A stretch of DNA of 64,000 bases from Eubacteriales bacterium (GTDB lineage Bacteria; Bacillota; Clostridia; Oscillospirales; CAG-272). The translations under genes were made by a program, and so were the position numbers. Positions within the stretch are counted from its first letter, which is position 1, and each line of letters starts with the position of its first letter. Location: NCBI GenBank assembly GCA_045611965.1, contig JAZKYE010000012.1, positions 1,512 through 65,511 of the forward strand. Direction: 5' to 3'. The notes below the pieces were generated by a model that worked only from the letters and a program-made list of their open reading frames with translations, was not told the DNA's origin and ran no database searches. Positions 1 to 8,295 of this stretch are shown piece after piece.

Positions 1-57
1 TGTGTCATAATTCCTTTGCTTGCATTCAGTGCAGGCGAGTGTGATTTTGACTCTCAT
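1..57 (-). CDS. rpmG: 50S ribosomal protein L33, first 19 codons only (gene continues past the left edge)
   Basis: Minus-strand ATG at 57 with AGGAGGTG about 9 nt upstream. MRVKITLACTECKQRNYDT matches the conserved L33 N-terminus with its CxxC. Truncated, so absent from the ORF track. Confidence 0.8.
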   Translation of the reverse strand, partial: MRVKITLACTECKQRNYDT

Positions 58-175
58 TAATTTCGGCACCTCCTAATAGAATTCGGGTAAAACCCGTTAT
101 ACCTCCCTCATTTTTCAGGGTTTTTAACGCTTGTCCCAGTAAACATTAAAAAAGCCCCCAAAAAGAGGTACACTT

Positions 176-204
176 ATTTTACCACCAAATAACTCTGTTG
201 TCAA
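176..204 (-). promoter_or_regulatory. sigma-A type promoter upstream of rpmG
   Basis: Minus strand reads TTGACA-17 nt-TAAAAT. Confidence 0.5.
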
Positions 205-242
205 TAGATTTTTTAAATTTTTATATATTTTATTTATATATA

Positions 243-271
243 TTGAAAACAAGGTGCTGAAATGTTATAAT
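243..271 (+). promoter_or_regulatory. sigma-A type promoter for the 317 gene
   Basis: TTGAAA-17 nt-TATAAT, about 45 nt upstream of the ATG. Confidence 0.55.
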
Positions 272-316
272 TAACTGTAAAATAACGAATGAAGCCGTAA
301 AGGATGGGGATTATTT

Positions 317-1267
317 ATGAAAATCAAGGTGCTTGATACGCAAACTATGGGAAATGATATCAATTATTCGGTGCTTGATGCGCTCGGTGAGGTTGAGCTT
401 ATAGATTTTACGCGTCCTGAGGATGTAATATCTACTATCGGTGACGCAGATGTTATCGTAATAAATAAAATTAAAATAACCGAAGAGGTCCTTGATGCCT
501 GCCGCTCGCTGAAGCTTGTGTGCGTTTTTGCTACGGGCTACGATAATGTTGATATAGCAGCCGCAAGAAGCCACGGTGTTGCGGTATGCAACGTGCCTGC
601 GTATTCTACGGACAGCGTAATGCTGTTTACCGTTGCGACGGTGCTTTCTCTCGTTTCTCATCTGAACGAGTACACCTCGTTCGTAAATAGCGGTGACTAC
701 ACCAGAGCGGGAATGCCTAACGCTATAACCCCTGTTTTCCACGAGATAGGCGGAATGACCTGGGGTATCGTGGGCTATGGAAATATCGGTAAGCGCGTTT
801 CAGAGGTAGCGCGTGCGCTCGGCGCTAATGTTATCGTCAACAAGAGAGTGCCGACTGAGGGCGTAGAGTGCGTTGATCTTGATACGCTTTGCAAGAGAAG
901 TGACATTATTACACTTCACTGTCCTCTCAACAATGACTCGCGCGGTATAATAGGCGAGCGTGAAATAGCATTAATGAAGAATAACGTAATAATCGTCAAT
1001 GCCGCAAGAGGCGCGGTTTGTGATGAGGCGGCAGTTGCAAGGGCTGTAATAGATGGAAAAATCGCAGGCTTCGGAAGCGACGTATATTCAACCGAGCCAT
1101 TCTCGAAGGATTCGCCGACAGCCTCGCTCGTCGGGCTTAAAAACGTAATTCTCACACCTCACGCGGCTTGGGCGGCATTTGAGGCAAGAGAAAGATGCCT
1201 TAATGTAATCTTCGAAAACATTAAGGCATTCAGAACGGGTGAAATTAAAAATCGCGTAGATATTTAA
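317..1267 (+). CDS. D-isomer-specific 2-hydroxyacid dehydrogenase family (glycerate/hydroxypyruvate reductase-like)
   Basis: 316-aa ORF with NAD-binding GIVGYGNIGKRV (GxGxxG) and a C-terminal LTPHAAW catalytic-His region typical of the family. SD GGATGGGGA. Confidence 0.85.
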   Translation: MKIKVLDTQTMGNDINYSVLDALGEVELIDFTRPEDVISTIGDADVIVINKIKITEEVLDACRSLKLVCVFATGYDNVDIAAARSHGVAVCNVPAYSTDSVMLFTVATVLSLVSHLNEYTSFVNSGDYTRAGMPNAITPVFHEIGGMTWGIVGYGNIGKRVSEVARALGANVIVNKRVPTEGVECVDLDTLCKRSDIITLHCPLNNDSRGIIGEREIALMKNNVIIVNAARGAVCDEAAVARAVIDGKIAGFGSDVYSTEPFSKDSPTASLVGLKNVILTPHAAWAAFEARERCLNVIFENIKAFRTGEIKNRVDI

Positions 1268-1307
1268 GGGCAGAAACGAAATTTTCTAATAATTCTATTT
1301 TTGAAAA

Positions 1308-2465
1308 TCAGCCGCGGTCAACCGTTATAACGCAGAAAACGTCAGGCCTGATTTCTGAAACACCCTCGCAGATAAGGTTAGTTACGACCTTGGGTAAAAG
1401 CTTACTCTCAAAGGGCAGGACTATGTCGAAAATGATATTTGTGTGAGTGTTGCCGACAACGGCGCGGAAGTCGTGAATGGTAATGTCCTCGTCAATTCTC
1501 TGGCATACCGCTTTTGCGATTTCGTGAAGGGCATTTACCGTTTCGTCGTTAGTTACGATAGGGTCAAGGTGTACTGTGCAGAGGATGCCGAGGGATGTTG
1601 ATATTTCCTTTTCGACGTTGTCGATAGCATCGTGAAGCATAAAGATATCCCCGTCACCGTCAACCTCGGCATGAAAGGAAGCAAAGTAATTTCCGGGTCC
1701 GTAGTTGTGCACCAGCATATCGTGTATGCCGATTATCTCGGGATATTTTTTAACTATTTCCTCGATTGCACAAACGGTATCCTCGACGGGAGCTTCGCCA
1801 AGAAGGGAATTTTTGGTTTCGTTAAGTATTTTGATGCCTGCGATAAATATAACGACCGACACACCGAGTCCGACTATCGCGTCGATAATAACGAGGTCGG
1901 TTGCCCATATAACGATGGATGATGCGAGTACGGCGGTTGTGGATATTGCATCCATAAGCGAGTCAACCGACGACGCACAGATTACGCTCGAGCCGATTTT
2001 CTTTCCGACGGTGCGCTGAACGAGCGACAAAACAAGCTTTCCTATGATGGAAACCGAGAGAATTACGACTGTAAGTGCCGTAATATCTATTGAAACCGCG
2101 CTCGTGTCAATTATTTTACTGACAGAATCGACAAGAAAGTCTATTCCGACGTGAAGAATGAGGAATGAAACGATAAGCGATGCGATATATTCGATTCTTG
2201 CGTGACCGAAGGGGTGGTCGCGGTCAGCAGGCTTTGCCGCAATCTTAAAGCTGATAAGGCTTACTGCGCTTGAGCCGGCGTCCGAAAGGTTATTTACCGC
2301 ATCTGCCATAATAGCAAGCGAGCCCGATAGAAGCCCTGCTATGAATTTTATCATCGACAGAGTAAAGTTTACCGCGATACCGAATATGCTGACGAAGCTG
2401 CCTTGCTTCTGCCGCTCGTCCTTAGCTCTGATAACGTCAGGGGTTGTATTATTGTCAGTATTCAT
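1308..2465 (-). CDS. cation diffusion facilitator (CDF) family metal efflux transporter
   Basis: 385 aa. Multi-TM N-terminal half plus a cytoplasmic C-domain. Motifs DAVNNLSD and HPFGHARIEY are typical of FieF/CzcD-type CDF proteins. Confidence 0.85.
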   Translation of the reverse strand: MNTDNNTTPDVIRAKDERQKQGSFVSIFGIAVNFTLSMIKFIAGLLSGSLAIMADAVNNLSDAGSSAVSLISFKIAAKPADRDHPFGHARIEYIASLIVSFLILHVGIDFLVDSVSKIIDTSAVSIDITALTVVILSVSIIGKLVLSLVQRTVGKKIGSSVICASSVDSLMDAISTTAVLASSIVIWATDLVIIDAIVGLGVSVVIFIAGIKILNETKNSLLGEAPVEDTVCAIEEIVKKYPEIIGIHDMLVHNYGPGNYFASFHAEVDGDGDIFMLHDAIDNVEKEISTSLGILCTVHLDPIVTNDETVNALHEIAKAVCQRIDEDITIHDFRAVVGNTHTNIIFDIVLPFESKLLPKVVTNLICEGVSEIRPDVFCVITVDRG

Positions 2466-2541
2466 TTAATTTCTCCGAAATCTATTTACTTTTTTAAAAA
2501 GTAGTGATAAACTATATAAAAATATATTATTTGAGGAAAAA

Positions 2542-2862
2542 ATGGCTCTTTACGAAATAAAGCTTAAATGCGACGATTATTATAATACCTATACCGATAT
2601 TATCTATTGGCTTGCCGAATGTCGCGCATCCTCGCGCCGTCTTATAGCATTTGTCCCCGAAGAGGGAAGCTCGCGCAATAAGTTCAAAACCTATCTTACA
2701 CGCGCCCTTACCGAGTTTAAAAGACAGAGAATACTCGAAATTTACGCAAAATTCAGCGATATTTCGCTCGATAAAACGACACCTAAATATCTTTTGAACA
2801 AATATCCCGAATTAGCCTCTGAAATAGACGGTGATGCGCTCGGCTTTATCGTACATCTTTAA
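2542..2862 (+). CDS. hypothetical protein (106 aa)
   Basis: ORF with GAGGA SD, followed by a hairpin terminator. No family recognised. Confidence 0.5.
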   Translation: MALYEIKLKCDDYYNTYTDIIYWLAECRASSRRLIAFVPEEGSSRNKFKTYLTRALTEFKRQRILEIYAKFSDISLDKTTPKYLLNKYPELASEIDGDALGFIVHL

Positions 2863-2871
2863 GCTATAATA

Positions 2872-2910
2872 AAAAGGTCTTGGCATAAAAACCTTGCCAC
2901 GACCTTTTAT
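2872..2910. terminator. bidirectional intrinsic terminator between convergent genes
   Basis: AAAGGTCTTGGCA...TGCCACGACCTTT hairpin flanked by an A-run and a T-run. Confidence 0.65.
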
Positions 2911-2936
2911 TATTCTTATTCGTTATATTGGAAGAA

Positions 2937-3164
2937 TCAGCCCTGACGCTCTTCGAGATATTTTACAACGTCTCCAACGGTGTTGAAGTGATGAAGATCG
3001 TCGTCATCGATCACAACATTAAATTTTTCCTCGCAGGTAAGTACGAGCTCTGCAAGCTCAAGCGAGTTGATACCGAGGTCTCCTGCAAGCTCTGCTTCCA
3101 TAGTAACGTCATCTGCGTTAACGCGAAGCTCATCAACGAGTACCTGCTTAACATTCTCAAACAT
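2937..3164 (-). CDS. acyl carrier protein (stand-alone)
   Basis: Internal ATG at 3164 lies 7 nt after AAGGAGGA. The 75-aa product has the DLGINSLELAELV phosphopantetheine-Ser motif and the acidic helix pattern of ACPs. The upstream part of the track ORF is rejected. Confidence 0.8.
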   Translation of the reverse strand: MFENVKQVLVDELRVNADDVTMEAELAGDLGINSLELAELVLTCEEKFNVVIDDDDLHHFNTVGDVVKYLEERQG

Positions 3165-3221
3165 GAACATATCCTCCTTATTCAGAATTATCTGTGTCAA
3201 AGTTACACAGTACCAAATGAG

Positions 3222-3250
3222 ATGATACATTAATATTTGCAATTTGTCAA
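3222..3250 (-). promoter_or_regulatory. sigma-A type promoter for the ACP gene
   Basis: Minus strand reads TTGACA-17 nt-TATCAT. The leader contains a CTGTGT-N7-ACACAG palindrome. Confidence 0.5.
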
Positions 3251-3360
3251 TAGTTTTTCTAAAAATATGTTAGTTTGCACAATTTTACCGTATCAATTTT
3301 GCGTTTTGATTACTTTAAACACAAACTGTATCAAATTTTGAGCCTTACGCGCGTGTTAAG

Positions 3361-3389
3361 TTGACAATGGTGCACGAGTATGATATAAT
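3361..3389 (+). promoter_or_regulatory. sigma-A type promoter for the nfeD-SPFH operon
   Basis: Exact TTGACA-17 nt-TATAAT. Confidence 0.6.
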
Positions 3390-3421
3390 ATAATAAAATA
3401 AGAAAACAAGGAGAAAATATT

Positions 3422-3859
3422 TTGGAGCATTTCGTTTGGTTATGGCTTGCCATCATCGTTCTTGCGATAATTTCAGAGGTTGCAACCGAGCAACTGCTGT
3501 TCATCTGGTTCGTTCCCGGCGCGCTTGTTTCGGCAGTTTTTGCTCTTTGCGGTATTGATATTGTCTGGCAGGTGCTCGTATGCGTCATTCTTGCCGCTAT
3601 CGGTATTGTTATCGGAAGAATTATTCTCAAGAAAAGACGCCCTAAAGAAGATACTCGCACCAATATCGACGCGATTATCGGTGAAAGATGCGTGGTTTTA
3701 GAGAAAATTGATAACTTTGCAGGACAGGGTCTCGTTAAGGTAAAGGGGCAGATATGGAGCGCAAGAGGCGTTGGCGAGGACGATGTTTTTGAAGAGGGCG
3801 AGGCGCTTACGGTAGTTGCTATCGAGGGCGTTAAGCTTATTTGCAGAAAGAGCTGTTAA
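3422..3859 (+). CDS. NfeD family membrane protein
   Basis: TTG start 7 nt after AAGGAGA. Hydrophobic N-terminal half plus a soluble C-terminal beta domain (VKVKGQIWSARG). Sits directly upstream of an SPFH gene, the usual NfeD context. Confidence 0.75.
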   Translation: MEHFVWLWLAIIVLAIISEVATEQLLFIWFVPGALVSAVFALCGIDIVWQVLVCVILAAIGIVIGRIILKKRRPKEDTRTNIDAIIGERCVVLEKIDNFAGQGLVKVKGQIWSARGVGEDDVFEEGEALTVVAIEGVKLICRKSC

Positions 3860-3884
3860 TTATTAATATAAAGGAGAAAAGCAT

Positions 3885-4844
3885 ATGTTTGCATTACTTG
3901 AAGCAGCAGGCGGTGTTATCTGGGTTGTAGTTGGCATTATTCTTGCAGTTTTAGCCGTTATAATCCTTATTTCCACCATTAAAATCGTTCCGCAGGCCAA
4001 GGCGATGATCGTCGAATTTCTCGGAACGTACAAGACGACCTGGCACACGGGCGTTCATTTTAAAATTCCGATTTTTGAGAAAATCAGAAAAGAAATTTCT
4101 CTTATGGAACAGGTGTCGGATTTCCCACCGCAGCCCGTAATCACAAAGGATAACGTAAGAATGCAGATTGATACCGTTGTATTCTATCAGATTACCGACT
4201 GTAAGCTCTACACCTATGGTGTAGAAAATCCGCTTATCGCTATCGAGAGCCTTACCTCTACTACGCTTCGTAATATCATAGGTGAGCTTGACCTTGACCA
4301 GACGCTTACCTCGCGTGATATAATTAATACGAAGATGCGTTCTATTCTTGACGAGGCAACCGACCCTTGGGGTATCCGTGTTTCGCGCGTTGAGCTTAAA
4401 AACATCATTCCGCCCAAGGAAATTCAGGATGCGATGGAAAAGCAGATGAAGGCAGAGCGCGAGAGAAGAGAATCTATTCTTCGCGCAGAGGGTGAGAAAA
4501 ATTCGACTATCCTTGTCGCAGAGGGACAGAAGCAGCAGAAAATTCTTGCCGCAGAGGCAGAGAAGGCATCCGCTATTCTTCTTGCAGAGGCAGAAAAGGA
4601 AAAGAAAATCAGAGAGGCTGAGGGTGAAGCCGAGGCTATCCTTAAAATTCAAGAGGCTACGGCGCAGGGTATCAGAATGATAAACGATGTAAATCCCGGC
4701 GCGGCTTATCTCTCGATCAGAAGCTTTGAGGCACTTGCAAAGGTTGCTGATGGTCAGGCTACGAAGATTATCATTCCCTCTGAAATTCAGAACACCGCGG
4801 CGCTTATTTCGGCACTTTCCGAAACGGCAAAGGGTGATAAGTAA
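3885..4844 (+). CDS. SPFH/band-7 (stomatin/HflC-like) membrane scaffold protein
   Basis: 319 aa. N-terminal TM, SPFH core, and a C-terminal Ala/Glu-rich coiled coil (AEGEKNS...AEAEKEKKIREAEGEAEA). Confidence 0.9.
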   Translation: MFALLEAAGGVIWVVVGIILAVLAVIILISTIKIVPQAKAMIVEFLGTYKTTWHTGVHFKIPIFEKIRKEISLMEQVSDFPPQPVITKDNVRMQIDTVVFYQITDCKLYTYGVENPLIAIESLTSTTLRNIIGELDLDQTLTSRDIINTKMRSILDEATDPWGIRVSRVELKNIIPPKEIQDAMEKQMKAERERRESILRAEGEKNSTILVAEGQKQQKILAAEAEKASAILLAEAEKEKKIREAEGEAEAILKIQEATAQGIRMINDVNPGAAYLSIRSFEALAKVADGQATKIIIPSEIQNTAALISALSETAKGDK

Positions 4845-4894
4845 GCATTAATTTTGGCATTTTATTTTGATAGATAAAAAATTTTATAAATCTA

Positions 4895-4923
4895 TTGACA
4901 AATAAATTTTATTCTGCTATAAT
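4895..4923 (+). promoter_or_regulatory. sigma-A type promoter for the tRNA-Arg/tRNA-His pair
   Basis: Exact TTGACA-17 nt-TATAAT, 20 nt upstream of tRNA-Arg. Confidence 0.65.
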
Positions 4924-4942
4924 AACTTTCGTTATGCAGAAT

Positions 4943-5019
4943 GCGTCTTTAGCTCAGCAGGATAGAGCAACTGCCTTCTAAGCAGTAGGTCGGGGGTTCG
5001 AGTCCCTCAAGACGCGCCA
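4943..5019 (+). tRNA. tRNA-Arg (anticodon TCT)
   Basis: Acceptor GCGTCTT/AAGACGC, anticodon stem ACTGC/GCAGT with loop CTTCTAA, T-arm GGGTTCGAGTCCC, encoded CCA. Confidence 0.93.
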
Positions 5020-5022
5020 TAC

Positions 5023-5100
5023 GGTGGAATTAGCTCAGTTGGTTAGAGCGCCAGGTTGTGGCCCTGGAGGTCGTGGGTTCGAATCCCATATTTCACCCCA
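5023..5100 (+). tRNA. tRNA-His (anticodon GTG)
   Basis: Extra 5' G(-1) opposite the C73 discriminator, anticodon stem CCAGG/CCTGG with loop TTGTGGC, T-arm GGGTTCGAATCCC, encoded CCA. Confidence 0.93.
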
Positions 5101-5104
5101 GAAA

Positions 5105-5147
5105 GAAGAGCCTTCGAATATCGAAGGCTCTTTTGTTATTTTTTTCG
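5105..5147 (+). terminator. intrinsic terminator after the tRNA pair
   Basis: AAGAGCCTTCGA-ATA-TCGAAGGCTCTT followed by TTGTTATTTTTTT. Confidence 0.8.
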
Positions 5148-5206
5148 CTAAAAAAGCGCAAGGAATCAGCCTTTTCACTTATTTTTATTAAAATAACGTC
5201 TTTTAC

Positions 5207-5235
5207 TTGAATTAAGTAAAAATAAGTGGTAAAAT
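5207..5235 (+). promoter_or_regulatory. sigma-A type promoter for the membrane-protein/M20 operon
   Basis: TTGAAT-17 nt-TAAAAT. Confidence 0.5.
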
Positions 5236-5264
5236 GTAATATATTATTTTTAGGGGGTTATATT

Positions 5265-6029
5265 ATGACGTTCTCGGCAAACAGTCCGATAATATTCGCC
5301 ATAGTTGCACTTATTATCGGTATCGTTACTGCACAGTCGGTCTTTTTCCTTGTTAAGGCGTACAAGCGCGGACTTGCTATCGGTATGGAAAGGGTGACGC
5401 TGAATAAAACCATAAAGCGCGCCGCACTCTTTACCATAGCGCCTGCTATTGCAATATTTATGGGTGTTGTATCACTCGTTAATATGCTTGGCACGGCATT
5501 ACCCTGGCTTCGCCTTTCGGTTATAGGTGCTGTAACCTATGAGCTTCCTGCGGCAAAGCAGGCGCTTGAGGCAATGCAGCTCGGTGATGTAAGCTGGACA
5601 CAGCTTAACGCACAGCAGTTTGTAACTATCGCCTTCGTTATGACCTTTGGTATTTTGGCAAGCCTTATCCTTGCGCCCATAACCTGCAAGGGTATTACGG
5701 GCGGTATGCTTAAAATCAAGGACAAGGACAAAAAGTGGATGGATATGCTTATGACGAGTATGTTCGTCGGTATGCTTTCTGCCTTCCTTGGCTACATAGT
5801 ATGCGGCATCGGCTTCGTGTTCGACGAGTCGAAAAATCTCGTATTCAACTATCAGCTTGAGCATTGGATTCCCGTATTCGTAATGGCTATCTCGGCAGGT
5901 ATTATGGCAATATGCGGTATTCTTTTAAAGAAATTCAATTGGAAGTGGCTTAACGACTACGCACTGCCCCTGTCGATGCTTGGCAGTATGGCGCTTGCTA
6001 TTCCGCTGTCCATTCTTATTAACGGCTAA
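5265..6029 (+). CDS. multi-pass integral membrane protein, unknown function
   Basis: ATG at 5265 follows AGGGGG. Strongly hydrophobic 254-aa product. The GTG start given in the track has no SD. Confidence 0.6.
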   Translation: MTFSANSPIIFAIVALIIGIVTAQSVFFLVKAYKRGLAIGMERVTLNKTIKRAALFTIAPAIAIFMGVVSLVNMLGTALPWLRLSVIGAVTYELPAAKQALEAMQLGDVSWTQLNAQQFVTIAFVMTFGILASLILAPITCKGITGGMLKIKDKDKKWMDMLMTSMFVGMLSAFLGYIVCGIGFVFDESKNLVFNYQLEHWIPVFVMAISAGIMAICGILLKKFNWKWLNDYALPLSMLGSMALAIPLSILING

Positions 6030-6045
6030 AAGGGGGTAGGGGTTT

Positions 6046-6759
6046 ATGAATTATAATGACAAAATGCACAGATACGGCAGAATTTGGGCGCTTATAACCT
6101 GTAGCGTTATTATCGCGTTTCCCTTTGTAATTGCTATAATCTTTGGCGCTTGGCCTGATTTTCTTACCTTTCTTAACGCGCTTTATCCCGTTGCGCTTAC
6201 CTTCTGGTCGGTTGGTATTATTGAGGTTATAACCTACACGCCTATGCTTGGTGTGGGCGGCACCTATCTTGGCTTTGTTACAGGAAACCTTTCCTCACTT
6301 AAAGTGCCCTGCGCGCTTGACTGTATGGAAAAGGCAGGCGTTAAGTCCGACAGCGACGAGGGTGAGGTTATTTCAACTATATCCATCGCAACCTCTTCGA
6401 TTATGACTATAATTATTATCGCTATCGGTGTCGGCTGTCTTTCGCTTATTTCAGACGTGCTTCAGAGCGAGATACTTAAGCCTGCGTTTGACAACGTTCT
6501 TCCTGCGCTTTTTGGCGGTCTTGGCGTAGTATATCTTTCAAGATATTTCAAGATTGCGGTAGTTCCTATGTCGATAATGATACTTCTTTTCGTTTTCGTG
6601 CCTTACCTTGATTCGGGTATGGTTGGTATTATGATACCTGTAAGTATGATAATTACGCTTATTACATCAAGAATTATGTATGTTAAGCAGAGAAAGCAAG
6701 AGATTCCTGCCTCGGTCTCGGATGATGCTACGGGCGAAGGCGCTGATGACGGTGAGTAA
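6046..6759 (+). CDS. multi-pass integral membrane protein, unknown function
   Basis: 237 aa, hydrophobic throughout, acidic C-terminal tail. SD AAGGGGGTAGGGG. Tightly spaced with its neighbours. Confidence 0.6.
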   Translation: MNYNDKMHRYGRIWALITCSVIIAFPFVIAIIFGAWPDFLTFLNALYPVALTFWSVGIIEVITYTPMLGVGGTYLGFVTGNLSSLKVPCALDCMEKAGVKSDSDEGEVISTISIATSSIMTIIIIAIGVGCLSLISDVLQSEILKPAFDNVLPALFGGLGVVYLSRYFKIAVVPMSIMILLFVFVPYLDSGMVGIMIPVSMIITLITSRIMYVKQRKQEIPASVSDDATGEGADDGE

Positions 6760-6762
6760 ATA

Positions 6763-8199
6763 ATGGAAGCATTATACATTATTTCAGGACTTTTAGTGCT
6801 GCTCATTTCGGTGGTTTTAATTCGCACCCTTGCATTTCGTCCAAAGGGATTTGCCGATGCAGCCTCTGATGCGGTCTATGTTAACACCGATAAGGCGGTT
6901 TCCGACCTTTCCGAGATGATTAAGTGTGCGACGGTTTCTCACGCGGACAGGTCTCTTGATAATGAGGCGGAATTTTTGAGGTTCAAAAATCTTTTACCAA
7001 CGCTTTTTCCGAATATATTTTCGTCCTGCGAGTACCTTGAACCGAATGACAGGGCAATTCTTATCAAAATAAAAGGAAAGACCGACGGTGAGCCCTGCGT
7101 GCTTATGGCGCATTACGACGTCGTTGACGTTGACGAGGCAAAATGGCAGAAGCCACCCTTTTCGGGCGAGGTTGAAAACGGTATTCTCTGGGGAAGAGGC
7201 TCGCTTGATACGAAGGTGACCTTAAACGCGGCAATGCAGGCGCTTGAAGCCCTTCTTTGTGACGGATTTACACCGAAGTGTGACGTCTATCTTGCTTTTG
7301 CAGGTGACGAAGAGATAAACGGTGTCGGCGCTGTGTCGATTGTTGATTATTTTGAGAAGAATTCCATAACACCGTCATTCGTGCTTGACGAGGGCGGCGC
7401 TGTCGTAGAGAATGTTTTTCCGGGTGTAAAAGCCCCCTGCGCGCTCATAGGCGTAGCAGAGAAGGGAATGCTCAATATAAAGCTTACCTGCGTATCAAAC
7501 GGCGGTCATTCGTCATCGCCTAAGCCTCACACACCCGTAGGAATTTTAAGCCGTGCCTGCGCGAGAGTAGAGAATAAGCCTTTCAGAATGTATATATCCG
7601 CTGCGGCAAAGGGAATGTTTGATAAAATTGCAAGACATTCAAACTTCCTTTACCGAATGATTTTTGCAAATCTCTGGCTTTTTGCACCCCTGCTTGACCT
7701 CATTGGTAAAAAAACGGGTGGCGAGATGAACGCACTTGTCCGTACGACCTGCGCGTTTACGCAAATGAGTGGCTCTGTCGGTATGAATGTAATCCCTACT
7801 GAAGCTACGATGATAGCTAATTTAAGAATAAATCCGGACCAGAGTGTTGATTCTGCGATTAATTATATAAAGAGCGTCATAAATGATGATAGGGTTGAGG
7901 TTTCGAAAATTTACGGAATTGATCCGTCGCGCACCTCGGTTACCGATGGCATTGGTTACACCGCAATACAAGACGCAATAAACGCGACCTGGACGGGTAG
8001 CATAATTTCACCGTATCTTATGCTCGCGTGCAGTGACTCGCGTCATTGGGGCAGAATTTCGGATAGAGTTTACAGATTTTCTGCAATGGCACTATCCAAG
8101 GAAGAGCGCGCTTCTATACACGCAAACGACGAGAGAATCCCCGTTGATACCGTAAAGCGTGCCGTTGAGTTCTATACAAGACTTATAAAGCAAATCTGA
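6763..8199 (+). CDS. M20/M25/M40 family metallopeptidase with an N-terminal membrane anchor
   Basis: 478 aa. N-terminal TM helix, then MAHYDVV, GRGSLDTK and FAGDEEINGVG metal-ligand motifs typical of M20 carboxypeptidases/deacylases. Confidence 0.8.
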   Translation: MEALYIISGLLVLLISVVLIRTLAFRPKGFADAASDAVYVNTDKAVSDLSEMIKCATVSHADRSLDNEAEFLRFKNLLPTLFPNIFSSCEYLEPNDRAILIKIKGKTDGEPCVLMAHYDVVDVDEAKWQKPPFSGEVENGILWGRGSLDTKVTLNAAMQALEALLCDGFTPKCDVYLAFAGDEEINGVGAVSIVDYFEKNSITPSFVLDEGGAVVENVFPGVKAPCALIGVAEKGMLNIKLTCVSNGGHSSSPKPHTPVGILSRACARVENKPFRMYISAAAKGMFDKIARHSNFLYRMIFANLWLFAPLLDLIGKKTGGEMNALVRTTCAFTQMSGSVGMNVIPTEATMIANLRINPDQSVDSAINYIKSVINDDRVEVSKIYGIDPSRTSVTDGIGYTAIQDAINATWTGSIISPYLMLACSDSRHWGRISDRVYRFSAMALSKEERASIHANDERIPVDTVKRAVEFYTRLIKQI

Positions 8200-8204
8200 T
8201 AAAA

Positions 8205-8240
8205 GGGGTCTGTCTCAAATTCATTTTTGAGGCAGACCCT
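8205..8240. terminator. hairpin terminator between convergent genes
   Basis: GGGTCTGTCTCAA...TTGAGGCAGACCC. The T-run lies on the minus-strand side (the clpC direction). Confidence 0.6.
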
Positions 8241-8295
8241 CTTGTAAATAGCGAGATTTCGGGGAAAAGCGCCGCTTTCCGCCCCTGATGTCGTA

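Noticed and set aside
3951-4652. 233-aa antisense ORF inside the SPFH gene.
   Set aside because: It is the mirror frame of the Ala/Glu-rich coiled-coil coding region and gives a low-complexity Leu/Cys/Phe/Arg product. It has no start context.
4440-4700. Repetitive AEGE/AEAEK coding repeats.
   Set aside because: This is the normal coiled-coil tail of SPFH/stomatin-like proteins.
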